41,132 nt of DNA, from positions 1 to 41,132 of the forward strand of contig NW_021831935.1 of assembly GCF_006345805.1 (NCBI RefSeq), read 5' to 3'. This stretch comes from Octopus sinensis. Lineage: Eukaryota. Below the pieces are notes generated by a model. It searched no databases. It was not told the origin of the DNA and saw only the letters and a list, made by a program, of their open reading frames with translations. Of the stretch, positions 11,350-23,881 are shown piece after piece (position 1 is the stretch's first letter; every line of letters begins with the position of its first letter). The position numbers and the translations under genes are program-made.

Positions 11350-11387
11350 TCTTTCTGTTGAAGAGCGTAGGCTCGAAACGTTAAAGA
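11350..11387 (+). ncRNA. Minimal type I hammerhead ribozyme-like motif with variant core CUGUUGA
   Basis: Stem I TCTTT/AAAGA; core CTGTTGA plus extra A; stem II GAGC-GTAG-GCTC; GAAAC; palindromic AACGTT; predicted cut after GUU at 11382. Confidence 0.7.
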
Positions 11388-11484
11388 CTTGTTTTATTTA
11401 TATTTCCTGAGCGCCATACTAATACAATTGTTCGTTTGTTTTCCACCTGCCTTCGTCTTTTGTTTATTTTCATAAAGCTTCCCG

Positions 11485-11530
<46 letters not shown>

Positions 11531-11589
11531 ATTTATACATACATACACACACACACTCACACACACATATACACACGCACTCATGCAAG

Positions 11590-11815
11590 TATAGACGAGC
11601 AAGGCCATATGTTTCACGTTGCTCCAGTCCACTCAGCCGTAAAATATCCACCCTGCCACGGAATAGCCTTCCAATGAGGGTGAGATGGTGGCTCCCTCGC
11701 GCATCCGGCGGAGTGGCAGCATTGGAAAGTCAAAACGACGCCAAGTATATTGTGGCCGAACGATGAATACAAACATTCGATTTTCCGGTCAGTCACGTGA
11801 TCACGATCACAGGAT
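11590..11815 (+). mobile_element. SINE-D-related fragment
   Basis: TTTCACGTTGCTCCAGTCCACTCAGCCG motif shared with 14752-15058 (minus); 3' part differs. Confidence 0.5.
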
Positions 11816-12161
11816 GTAGATATATATATGCTTGGATATATGCAAATCGATATATGCGTGTCTGCATGCCTGCTGTAGTTCGATATTGTCTGCAGTGGTT
11901 AATTCCTACCTGTTGAAGTGAGATGATTTTTAACGTATACCAACGTACAATAAGAGTAGTTTCCCTTGACACTAAAACTCTTCTTAGAATTCTGTTGTGT
12001 CTGGTGAGAGTCATTTTCTTTTTGTGTCTTATAATTCACCGGTAAAATTTCCACTTTTCCTTATTTTCCTAAAATTTTCCTTGCCTCTTGCAACCTTTTC
12101 AATAGTCTTCACCCTGTCCGTTATTTAAACTGCGTTACCTTTTGTTTGTTAGTGCGCATGT

Positions 12162-12370
12162 GGAGGCGCAATGGCCCAGTGGTTAGGGCAGCGGACTCGC
12201 GGTCGGATGATCGCGGTTTCGATTCCTAGACCGGGCGTTGTGTGTATTTATTGAGCGAAAACACCTAAAAGCTCCACGAGACTTCGGAAGAGGACGGTGG
12301 AGACCCCTGTCGTACTCTTTCGTCAAACGACGGTGCATCAGCATGGCCGCAGCTCTGGGCTGAAAAAAAA
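12162..12370 (+). mobile_element. SINE family C head and body joined to a CR1-like LINE-type tail
   Basis: tRNA-like head GGAGGCGCAATGGCCCAGTGGTTAG...GGTTTCGATTCC collinear with 23882 up to GTACTCTTTC, then switches to CGGTGCATCAGCATGGCCGCAGCTCTGGGCTGAAAA. Confidence 0.8.
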
Positions 12371-12732
12371 ATATGTGTGGGTGTGTGCCTATACATGTAT
12401 GCATGTACGTGTTTTTGTATGTGTGGGTATGCATATGTATATATGTATGTATGTGTGTGCATCTGTATGTACGTATCCTGCATATTTATGTGCTCGCCTG
12501 TCCGTGTTTGTGTATTTTCTATGTATGTGTGTGTGTGAGCATGTGTCTGTATACGTATGCACCTCTGTCTCCTTGTGTGTGCATATCTGTGTGTGTGTGT
12601 GTTATGTAATTATGTACCATGTTTGTATATGTGTGGATCCGTGTCTCCATCTGTGTCTGTTCTTCTAACCTATGTGCCTATCGTCTTAGAATATTTTCCT
12701 TTATCCAGAATAATTGTCTCCGCTCGCTTCAA

Positions 12733-12801
12733 TGTATGTATGTATGTATGTACGTAGGTAGTACGTATGTATGTATGTATGTATGTGTATATACATATAT
12801 A

Positions 12802-12833
<32 letters not shown>

Positions 12834-12856
12834 CGTAGGTAGTACGTATGTATGTA

Positions 12857-12921
<65 letters not shown>

Positions 12922-13229
12922 CGTATGTAGTACGTATGTACGTGTGTATATATGTATGTATGTGTGTCTATCTGTCTGTCTGTCTGTATGTATGTATGTA
13001 TGTATGTATGTATGTATGTATGTACGTAGGTAGTACGTATGTACGTGTGTATATATGTATGTATGTGTGTCTATCTGTCTGTATGTATGTATGTATGTAT
13101 GTATGTATGTACGTAGGTAGTACGTATGTACGTGTGTATATATGTATGTATGTGTGTCTGTCTGTCTGTATGTATGCATGTATGTATGTATGTACGTAGG
13201 TAGTACGTATGTATGTATGTATGTATGTG

Positions 13230-13273
<44 letters not shown>

Positions 13274-13589
13274 CGTATGTAGTACGTATGTACGTGTGTA
13301 TATATGTATGTATGTATGTGTGTCTATCTGTCTGTCTGTCTGTATGTATGTATGTATGTATGTATGTATGTATGTATGTACGTAGGTAGTACGTATGTAC
13401 GTGTGTATATATGTATGTATGTGTGTCTATCTGTCTGTATGTATGTATGTATGTATGTATGTATGTATGTACGTAGGTAGTACGTATGTACGTGTGTATA
13501 TATGTATGTATGTGTGTCTGTCTGTCTGTATGTATGCATGTATGTATGTATGTACGTAGGTAGTACGTATGTATGTATGTATGTATGTG

Positions 13590-13635
<46 letters not shown>

Positions 13636-14103
13636 TGTATGTATGTATGTATGTATGTATGTACGTAGGTAGTACGTATGTACGTGTGTATATATGTATG
13701 TATGTGTGTCTATCTGTCTGTATGTATGTATGTATTATGTACGTAGGTAGTACGTGCGTACGCATGTATGTATATATGTATGTATGTATATATGTATGTT
13801 TGTTTGTATGTATGTATGTATGCATGTACGTGTGAAAGTGTGAGTATGTATGCATACACATACATACATACATACATACATATATACATACATACATAAA
13901 TATATATATACGTACTACATACATACATACATACAGACAAACAAACATACATACATACATACATACATATATACATACCTACATAAATATATATATACGT
14001 ACTACATACATACATACATACAGACAAACAAACATACATACATACATACCAACATATATACATACACACGTACATACGTACTACCTACGTACATACATAC
14101 ATG

Positions 14104-14135
<32 letters not shown>

Positions 14136-14310
14136 CATACATACATACATACATACTTACATACACATATACATACATACATACATACATGCATACATAC
14201 ATACATACATATATACATACATACATATATACACACGTACATACGTACTACCTACGTACATACATACATACATACATACATATATTCAAACATACACACA
14301 CACACACATA
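12733..14310. repeat. Compound (TATG)n minisatellite with higher-order unit TACGTAGGTAGTACG, orientation flips near 13852
   Basis: Left arm is TATG-strand; right arm is CATA-strand with the reverse-complement motif CGTACTACCTACGTA at 14077 and 14244. Confidence 0.9.
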
Positions 14311-14342
14311 CACACACACACATATATTTATATTTATTGTTT

Positions 14343-14724
14343 ACTAGCAGTATCGCCCAGCGTTGCTCGGGTTTGTAAGGGAAATAACTATAAAGCATTT
14401 TTAGAGAGTTACAGCCAAAAAAAATGGAAAATAAATTATGGTAATTTTTTTTTTTTTTGAGAGTTAAAACGGCCGAGTTGCGTCCCCTTGACAGTCTGTG
14501 GTTTGTGTTTCTGATTCTCGACCCCATGTCGAATTTATCGATTTTTCTCAGAACTGGGGGAACTTTTCAAAATTTTCTCTGCGCTAGTTTTGAATTATGA
14601 CATTGGGCTATGTGTGTGTTAAGTTTCATCAGAATCGGTTGAAAGCTGTGGTCAGGGTGAGGGTACAAGCTAACAGACACACAGAAACACACACAGACAA
14701 ACTGCCGTTTATATATAGAGAGAT
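14343..14724 (+). mobile_element. Non-autonomous Helitron/Helentron-like element (HINE/Lep1-like)
   Basis: 5' ACTAGC...CGCCCAGCGTTGCTCGGG, (GACA/CA) microsatellite near the 3' end, terminus TTTATATATAGAGAGAT; 5' end shared with 33929-34330. Confidence 0.65.
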
Positions 14725-14751
14725 ATTTACTATTTTTGTTGTTGTCGTTGT

Positions 14752-15058
14752 AGCTGGTACTCCGTCGGTGACGACGACTAGGTTTCCAGTTGATGCAATC
14801 CACAGAACAGCCTGCTGCTCGTGAAATTATCGTGCAAGTGGCTGAGTACTCCACAGACACGTGCACTGTTAACGTAGTTCTCAAGGATTTTCAGCGTGAC
14901 ACAGAATTTGACAACGCTCGCCCCGTTTGTATTACAGGTACAACTCGTTTTTGTCAGCTGAGTGGACTGAAGCAATGTGAAATAAAGTGATTTTTCTTAG
15001 GGACACAACGCGTCACCATGTATCGAACTCTTGACCTTACGATGAGGTTGCTAATGAG
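14752..15058 (-). mobile_element. SINE family D, near complete
   Basis: Minus: ATCGTAAGGTCAAGAGTTCGATAC head, CORE-like GTTGTGTCCCTAAG...CACTTTATTTCAC body, then the same GAACTACGTTAA...CGTGTCTGTGGAGT...ACCGACGGAGT tail as SINE C at 24100-24266. Confidence 0.75.
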
Positions 15059-16840
15059 AGAGAGAGAGGGGGGGGGAGAAAGAGGGAGAGGGAGAAAGAG
15101 TGTGAGAGAGGAAGAGAGTGTACTAAAACTGTCCTTCATTTTACTTGAAGATACTTGGCTGTTATTTCTAGCATAATGTGAGACCACTTAGAGGATTATA
15201 CTTTACAGATGCTTCTTGACGTGCTCTTCGATTTTGGATGACAAATAATGCAGATTCAGGGCCACTTAGCCGTTCTTTCGAAGACCAAATGAGCAAAACG
15301 ATCGCATGCATTTGGCGACTCGATTTGGCGTTTAGGATCCTGCTTAGCAGAGCGACTACACACATGAATCTTCTTGAGTGTCGTCTGGGAAGCCACACGA
15401 CCCACTTTACGAGACACGGTGCCATAGGATGTAGGGGCTGTGCCGTACGAGGCAGCGATTTTAGTCTTATCCTTCGACACAAGCTACACACTCGAACGAT
15501 CGACCACGCCTTCCACCGAGGCAACATCGTCTGCAGCAGTTAACCGTGACGATTCAGTGGAGGAACAAACTCGATACATTGGCCAAGGATCAAAGTCAAA
15601 CGGCGAAGAAGACGGCTGCAACCTTCGGGTGAAGCTCCTTCTAGGAATAGTTCTTCGAGAAGTACACGCATCCGTCTCCGTCTTTGCAGCCGACCCGAAA
15701 CTTCGACCTTCTTTCCGCCATGATCAGAGTAATCACCAGCGTCGGCTTGTGTGTGTGTGTGTGTGCATGTGTGTGTGTGTGCGTGCGTGTGTGTGTACGT
15801 ACGCCACTACAAGTGTGCACATATATGTATACATTTACTAGTAAACGTACGGGTGTGTCTGGTCGCCTGATGGCTGAATCTGCACCCCAGCGTGCTAGAC
15901 ATAAAGCATACGCCAAACAGTCTCTCAAACGACATCTCCCTAGATCTTAAAGTAACCGTGATGACAGATCTTTACCGTCATAAACCGTAGGACTGTAAGA
16001 GTTTACGACCTACGTGGATCAGGGTGAACGTGGGTGTCTACGTCTTTGTGAGGATTATGTGCGTGTATTTGTGCCTGTGTACACACCACCCCCTATTAGC
16101 AAGTATAATACCCCTCCCTCCCTTTAAACTTAATGCAGTCTAATCCTTCTCTTACAGGTCTCACCCTATCTCTGTTTCTTTCCCAAATACTTTCTCTTGT
16201 ATATTTTCTTTCCTTTCCAATATTTTATATGTCTGCATTTACAATTCTTTACAATTATTGTTTATGAATAGGATAAGGACAATCGTAGCAACGTCGGATT
16301 CCTTAATGAAGCGGGCAAATAACATGATTGCCTGAACTAAATATTTTTGGTGGGAATTGATGTAACACAATATGATGCGCAGCATCCCACACCCGCAGGG
16401 ATCAGTCGCGGGATGGGTGGAAACAATCATCATACAAAATAAAAACTAATACCAAATCCTTCTTCTGTTTCATTAATCGATTATTATCTCAACTAACTCT
16501 GTGGAATTCCTGAAGTAGATCCAACGGAAATATACCCCAAGTGCGGATGACACCAGGTAGCCCCAAACTGTGCCAGTGCTTTACTCAACACATCAACGCA
16601 CTAATTGACATATACTCATTAGCCCAATAATTACATATGTATATATGTGCGTATGTGCGTATGTATGTATTTATGAATCTATGCATGCATCACCTCGCTG
16701 CATTTCTTCCTTTGTCTCTCTCTCTCTCTCTTCCTCTCTCTCCATTTGTCCCCTTCTCTCTCCCTTTCTACTTCTCTTTCTTCTCTTTCTACTACCTCAT
16801 TATATAACACCGCCTAATCCGGTTTCTTTCTCAAATCATA

Positions 16841-16872
<32 letters not shown>

Positions 16873-17059
16873 TTCTCTCAGAAAGCATATACACCATTCT
16901 GCTTTTATCTCTCCCACGTTCTCTATTTTTGTCTCTCTGTGTCTGTCTCCGTCCCCTCTCTCTCTCTCTCTGCCCCTCATCATATTTCTGCCTTTATCAT
17001 TCCGCGTCTCTCTTGCTACTCCTCTCGTCTCTTTCTTTCTCCCTAACTTACTGAACAAG

Positions 17060-19228
17060 TTCTGATCAAGAAGTAGCCGGACTATAACAAGAAAACTACA
17101 ATGCGTACCAATCCGGTACTTCATTTCCTGCGAAGAGTTGTCCCCTTCTCAAGCCCCACGTTTCATCCAACGTCCTTTCCATCTAGAACAAATTCGTGCT
17201 GCTTATTTGCCAATTGCTTCCTTTAATTGCTCTCTATCGACATACATCAGTTCCGCAGACTACTTGCCTGAAAAGATATTACACGACAAACTCTCAGGAA
17301 TTGTGTCAATGCTACATCATCCACCAATTCATTTCTGCATTTCTTTAGTACCCTTTCGAAAGTTCCCATAAAGCGTTCAGCTTGTCCGTTCGACCTTGGA
17401 TGATACGGAGGAATAGTCATATGTTCCATTGAGTACATCTTGCAAAAATTCTTATATTCATTCGCCGTAAATTCTGTACCGTTATCGGAGACGACGGATA
17501 TACGGAACACCTGACTTAGCAAAACGTTCGTGTAAAAATTCCACTTTACCGTGGAGGTCGTTTCTCTACATTTTCACATTTCTGACCATTTTGTAAAGTT
17601 ATCAACCACTATTAGATAATATGATCGGTTTAACGGTCCTGCGGAATCTGTGCAACCTGGTCTATGGAATATCGGTCTCGGGCCAAGGTTGAAACTATAT
17701 GGCTGGTGATTTTGCTGCAAGAGCACACCCTTTGCAGGATTTTACCAACTTCTCAATATCTAGATACATTTTCAGCCGTAAACATAGCTCCTCATAAGCG
17801 TTTTAATCCTAGAAATTCTTGGATATCCAGTGTGGAAATCCTTTAACATTTGATTTTGTATTCAGACAGACATTACGGCCCTTTGTGCAATACATAAGCA
17901 CCTTATCACATATCGAATACAGTTTTGAAACTGTGTTACGTCCAGCCACATTTTTCCTTGTTTCTTCTGATTTCACTATTTTGTCATTTTCATCATTAAC
18001 TTGTCCGTCTCTATTTTAATTCTTATTTCTTTCAATGTGACAGGCAATTCACGCACAACGTTACAAAATATTCTTTTTAAATTTCATTCTCGGCTCTTAA
18101 CACCGCTATCAGTGTGTCTTCTGACCTCGACAAACCATCTGCATGTCCCAATTTTTTAATTGGAAAATACTCCATCTTGAAGTCATAATTCAGTAGGATC
18201 GTTCCCCACTACAGCAGTCTGTGGGCTGTATGTGTGGGAATACCTTTTTTTGATCCATAGATTGACAATAATTGGCAGTGGTCTGTCTGCAGACGGAATC
18301 GTCTTCCATGTATAAATTCATGGAACTTCTTTACCGCAAATTTCATGGTTGATGTTTCTTTCTCTATTTGACTCTAACTTTTCTCAGCCGGAAATAAGGA
18401 ACGCAAAGCATGAGCCACAGCTTTCACGATACCATCTTCATATTTGTGTAAAATTACAGCTCAAATACCAAATTTTACTAGCATTTGATGCCACTACCAT
18501 TTCTAAATTCGGGTCAAAACGTGATAAAGACAATTCTGACGTTAAGATGCTTTTAATTTCTTTAAAATCATTTTGGCATTTGTCCGCCAGTTCCACTTAA
18601 CAAGTTATTCAGTGGTGCTCTCAAATTATGCATATACTCTATGTGTGCCTGGTAGTAATTTGTGGGCCATCCAAATGCTTGCAACGTTGTAATGTTTGTC
18701 GGGGGAGGTATATTCTATATTGCACTCGTCTTTCACGAGTCTGGTCTACGTCTATTTTTATCTATAATCTGCCCTAGATATTATATTCTTGGCATAAATG
18801 ATTCTCACTTTTCCTCGCTGAGCTTAGACCCATAATATTTTATCTTTTCGAAGACCTTTTTAACATGCCCAGCATGCTGACTCCGAGATTCACATTTTCA
18901 TGAGTATATCGTCAAGGTAAGCTATATCGAAATCCGAACCTGCGAGCATTGTGTCCATAACGTCTTGGGAAATGCCTGGTGCTACGTTTATACCAAACGG
19001 AAGAAGTCAATTAAATTTATACAACACTTTATGGGTATTTATTGTCAATAATTTTGAACATTCCTCACCAACTTGTACCTGCAAATATGCTTCAGAGAAG
19101 TCCAACTTTGAAAAGATTTCCTCCATTCAACTTCGCGAAATTTCCTCTGGATTTAGCGACGGATAATTACATGGCAACAAAAATTCGTTTAAACCTGTTG
19201 AAAAATCAGTGCAAACTCGTCAGTCCTT
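17060..19228 (-). mobile_element. Decayed Ty3/Gypsy pol: RT, RNase H and integrase
   Basis: Minus translation RVCTDFSTGLN, FSKLDFSEAYLQ, LPFG...AYLDDIL (RT); YSQIEKE-like, LQTDH...L, GHADGLSR (RNase H); HP..SR.K.LMRSYV, CKGC, YLIVVD, VVSDNGTEF, PPYHPRSNGQAERF (integrase). Many stops and frameshifts; no LTR pair identified. Confidence 0.92.
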
Positions 19229-19239
19229 TTAAAATATGT

Positions 19240-19490
19240 TTATTATTATTGCCTTTGCACTGTTTCTAACGCTGGAGATGTACTACAGTGTCAGCTGTTC
19301 ACTACTAGTGAACTAAGGTAACACCTCTTATTTTTCAAGAAGCTTCCGGAATATTCGAGCGATTCCAAGCAGTGCTGTTTTCTGCAAGTGCCCCACCCTT
19401 ATTGTAGCCTCTATTTGCTCCGACAATTATTGGTACTACTACCACCATTTTCATTGACCATATCTGCTTAACCTCCCAAGCTAACCCGTC
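19240..19490 (-). mobile_element. Extreme 3' fragment of an RLE-type (R4/Dong-like) LINE
   Basis: YDGLAWEVKQIWSMKMVVVVPIIVGA and LQKTALLGIARIFRKLLEK, ending in an (AAT)n tail. Confidence 0.8.
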
Positions 19491-19589
19491 ATATATATCA
19501 CCTTTTCTTCTCTAGATCGATAGAAAAGTCCATCATCATCATCATCAACATCATCATTATTATCATCATTATTTTTATTATTATTCTAT

Positions 19590-20062
19590 GTTTGACTTTT
19601 GCTTTACATTTGCACAAGCTGGCTCCAAGTCTTACCCAGAGACCTCAAGAGACAAGTTGGAAGTTCATGTTGGTGTTATGCCTAGTGTGCCATATATTTG
19701 GTTTTGTACTTAGTGTTGTACTAGTGAATGTCTAAAAAAACACACGAAAATTAAGTTTGTTTTAAAACTTGAGATAACGAAGAAAATATTTTGCGTAGGA
19801 TATGAGCAGTCCCCATGAGCACTATCTTTTGAATTTCTGCCATTTTTGGGTTTCATGGTATCTAAGATAGGGAGCAATCAGCCCCTTTTGCTATCATTCC
19901 CAGAGCACCTATGACAACAGGTATTGTTTTAGTCTTCAGGTTCCACATTTTGCTGATTTCTGTTTCAAGATCTTTATATTTGCTCAGTTTTTGGTAGGTC
20001 TTGACAGATACGTTTATATCGATTGGGACAGTCATTTAGTTCACGTAGTTCAGTTGGGTCAA

Positions 20063-20102
<40 letters not shown>

Positions 20103-21935
20103 GTTTTCAATGTTATCTTTCAATTCTGTTTTAATTTTTTTTCGAGAGTCTTTCTGACACTTATCTCAGAGAAACGCACTGTATACATTGGTAGATCATT
20201 GAGATAAACAAACCAGAATAGTCATTTACAAAGTTATGTGAAAGGGAAGAAAGAAAGAGGAAAAGAGAAAAGAGAAAATAAGAAAAGTAAACTGTTTTGG
20301 TGAAAGACCTTAACACCCCTGTATGTTTAAAAGATGGATTCGTCGGGATGTTTATCGTTGATGACGACAGAGGGCGTTTTGGAGTTTCTGTGAGCAGTAG
20401 TAGAAGTAGGTTGTGTGAAGACATTGCCTTACCTCTGCTGCGTTATATCATTTATCCAAACGTTTAAGGATATGAAAAGAATGGCGACGTGGTATTCGAA
20501 AGTTGCAAAAGACGTCAAAATTGAAGGAAACATGTTCTTTGTCTGAAGTCTTCCAATATCATGTCTGGCCTTTTCGCGTCTATCTTTCTGTCGGTTTGAA
20601 TGGTGAAGTTCCAGAGGAGTGAGATGTGGTCATTTTCAAGCACTTGAGGTGGTTTGTGTTCCCTCCAGTTTTTTTCATGGGGCAAATCCAGGTTTTTGCA
20701 AATTACCCAGTGAATATATTGTGCAGCTCTATCATGCCTGTTGAGATACTCTGTAGTCGCAAGAAGACTGCATTTGGAGACAACATGATCAATGGTCTCA
20801 TTTTGTTGTTGACATACACGACATGTTGGGCTACTGCCGTTCTTTAATATGTTGGCCTGGTAGTTCCTTGTTGGTAGGCATTGATCTTGAGCTGCTATGA
20901 TAAACCCTTCTGTTTCAGATTTTAAGCCAGAGGCCATTAGCCATTGATGGGTCAGGGCTTTGTCAACATCTGCATTATTCGCTCTCTTTGGGTATTTGCC
21001 ATTGAGAGGTTTTTCTTGCCATTCATCGTTCTGAATATCTAAGACATCAGTTTTAGCACAGGTTTTCATGCGCTTAGCTTTTTCTGTGCTTGTTTCTAGT
21101 ATGTCTATCTCTAATTACGAAATTTGTTGTATTCGGAATTCACTTAGATATTCCATTGCCTGTTTTGTTACTGAGTTTGATGCTTTCTTGTTTACATTTA
21201 TTGAGACAAATTTAAACATTCAGTCCTCAGAGTTTTTCAGGTAGGTGTCCAGGCCAGTTGTAGCAACCTTCATTGTTATTGCCAGTTGCAAAAGACCACG
21301 GCATCCCTCTTTTCTTGGTAGATAAAGTCGATCTATATCTGACTTAGGGTGGCGTATTCTATGCATTGTCAACAGTTTTTGTGTTTTTCTGTCAAGATTA
21401 CATATTTCAGTAATTGACCAGTAAGTCACGACTGGTATGGCTAAAGCATTGATCGCTTCGATCCTGTTTCTTGCATTCAGCTCTGTCTTAAGTATTGCTC
21501 TTACTCTGCGATAACATTCTCTCCTGATCCTTTCCTTCATCATTGAATGCCTTATTTCGTTCCCTTCAATTACCTCTAGGTACTTGTAGCTCTCCACTGG
21601 GTTTAACTCTTTTATGACGTTCTGCTGGTCGAGGTAAACATCAGATGTTTCTGTCATTTTTCCTTTGATAAAAGTATCTTTTGCACATTTATCGAGGCCA
21701 AATTGCATTCTGATGTCATCACTGAATTGTTTAACAATCGCTAGTAAGCCCTTGGGTTGTTGGTCATTTTTTGCAAAGAGCTTTAAATCATCCATGTAAA
21801 TGAGATGATTTATATTTTTATCCAACATTTTATATCCGTGCTGTGCGTCATTGAGCAATATTGAGGGAGGTATTAAGGCTAAACAAAAGAGGAGTGGAGA
21901 TAGTGAGTCACCCTGGAAAATGCCACCTGAAATTC
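19590..21935 (-). mobile_element. 5'-truncated R4/Dong-like RLE LINE (RT, CCHC finger, RLE) interrupted at about 20036-20520
   Basis: GIFQGDSLSPLLF, HLIYMDDLKLF, RLYLPRKEG.RGL, CRVCQQQNETIDHVVSKC...RHD, KRPDMIL, then MTVPIDINV...KYKDLE...PVVIGALG...QKIVLMGTAHILRK. Confidence 0.9.
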
Positions 21936-21944
21936 TCTTGGATA

Positions 21945-22830
21945 CCTGGGAAGTGGACGCTCCTATATAGAAGAAGACATCGGTACCGGTTGTAGTACAA
22001 TTAATAACTTCCCAGTTATCCGAGAGAAGTTCAAACCACTATTCAACATTCAGGGATAGTAAAAAACGACATAGTACAGGGCTAACTAAATTAGTTTGGC
22101 ATCTTAAAGACAACAATATAATTTTCAAGTTAGATTGGTTCATACTGTCTGTATCCTTTCCTTTTGATGGAGATTTTGTAACATTTGTAACTCTGAACTC
22201 TTCCATATTCTCTTCTCTAAGGTTCCCCTAGTAATCACACTCATAGAAAAATCATACAAATGTAAACACAGGCAGAAACACACTTTCTACTCATATAAAT
22301 GATAACGATAGTCACTTCTATAGACAAATTCTTTCCTAAGCCTTCGAACATTCTTTCAATCAACGTACCCTTCCCTCTCCACTTGTTCCCTACCTATTAT
22401 TCCTTTATCCCTTCTCTTCCTACTATCTATATTTGACGTCAATGCTTCTAACGGTTTAAAAAAAACAAAAACACTCATTATCGCTTTGTTTACCATGTAG
22501 ACAATCATCGAAAATTGTGTTTGTCTTGTTGTCGAGAGAGGCTCCCTTTCTTTCCTGATGAGAAGATTGCATAATGCACCCTTTATTCCTTTGGAATGAA
22601 AAAAAGGTGTCTTCGAAACATATGTCGAGAGTAAAGGAATTTTGTTAACATCTTCGTTCGACTCCATTCTTTCATTTATTCATATATAACACACAAATTT
22701 CTACACAAGAACCCGGAGTTTCTACCCTACCCTTGGACAGGTCGCTTCAACCGTGTTTCTGACGTGAATTTGCTATCCAGGTTTCGATTAAACGAATTTT
22801 CCATGCTGACGATAAACATAGGATAATTCA
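21945..22830 (+). mobile_element. 3' end of a Penelope-like element, probably Naiad-type: GIY-YIG C-terminus and pLTR-like 3' region
   Basis: Frameshifted translation NHYSTFRDSKKRHSTGLTKLVWHLKD...W.IL...CNICNSELFHI...CKH fits the H..SF..ST.L...W.LK / CxxCxxE / CxH pattern I recall for Naiad endonucleases; followed by a hammerhead. Confidence 0.7.
22545..22637 (+). ncRNA. Type I hammerhead ribozyme with canonical core
   Basis: Stem I CCTTTCTTTC (22545-22554) / GAGAG(T)AAAGG (22627-22637); CTGATGA 22555-22561; stem II GAAGA/TCTTC; GAAAC 22615-22619; palindrome ACATATGT; GUC triplet with predicted cut after 22626. Confidence 0.88.
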
Positions 22831-22840
22831 TTCACCTACT

Positions 22841-23880
<1,040 letters not shown>

Positions 23881-23881
23881 G

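Larger units (their letters stand above)
9429..11487 (+). mobile_element. 5'-truncated Penelope-like element (Neptune-type): RT C-terminus, thumb, Cys linker, GIY-YIG endonuclease, long 3' region with hammerhead motif
   Basis: GRYIDDI RT motif; FLDI and HYKHTDSHSYL thumb; CSRPRCRTC linker; IIYCISCSLCNSLYIGQTGRRLADRFAEH...CEQELIFSL...PFGLN endonuclease; flanked by (TA)n on both sides. Confidence 0.9.

Noticed and set aside
12183-14347. Many ORFs rich in MYVC/HTYI
   Set aside because: Stop-free translations of TATG/CATA microsatellite; no protein signal.
16100-17060. LTR of the Gypsy remnant
   Set aside because: No second copy, TG...CA boundaries or polypurine tract could be established.
21945-22302. 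Selenocysteine (in-frame TGA) recoding reported for some Naiad elements
   Set aside because: The Cys positions here are TGT codons; the only TGA is the terminal stop.
22806-22830. Second hammerhead start CTGACGA in the Naiad-like tail
   Set aside because: No GAAA or stem before the sequence runs into (TA)n.
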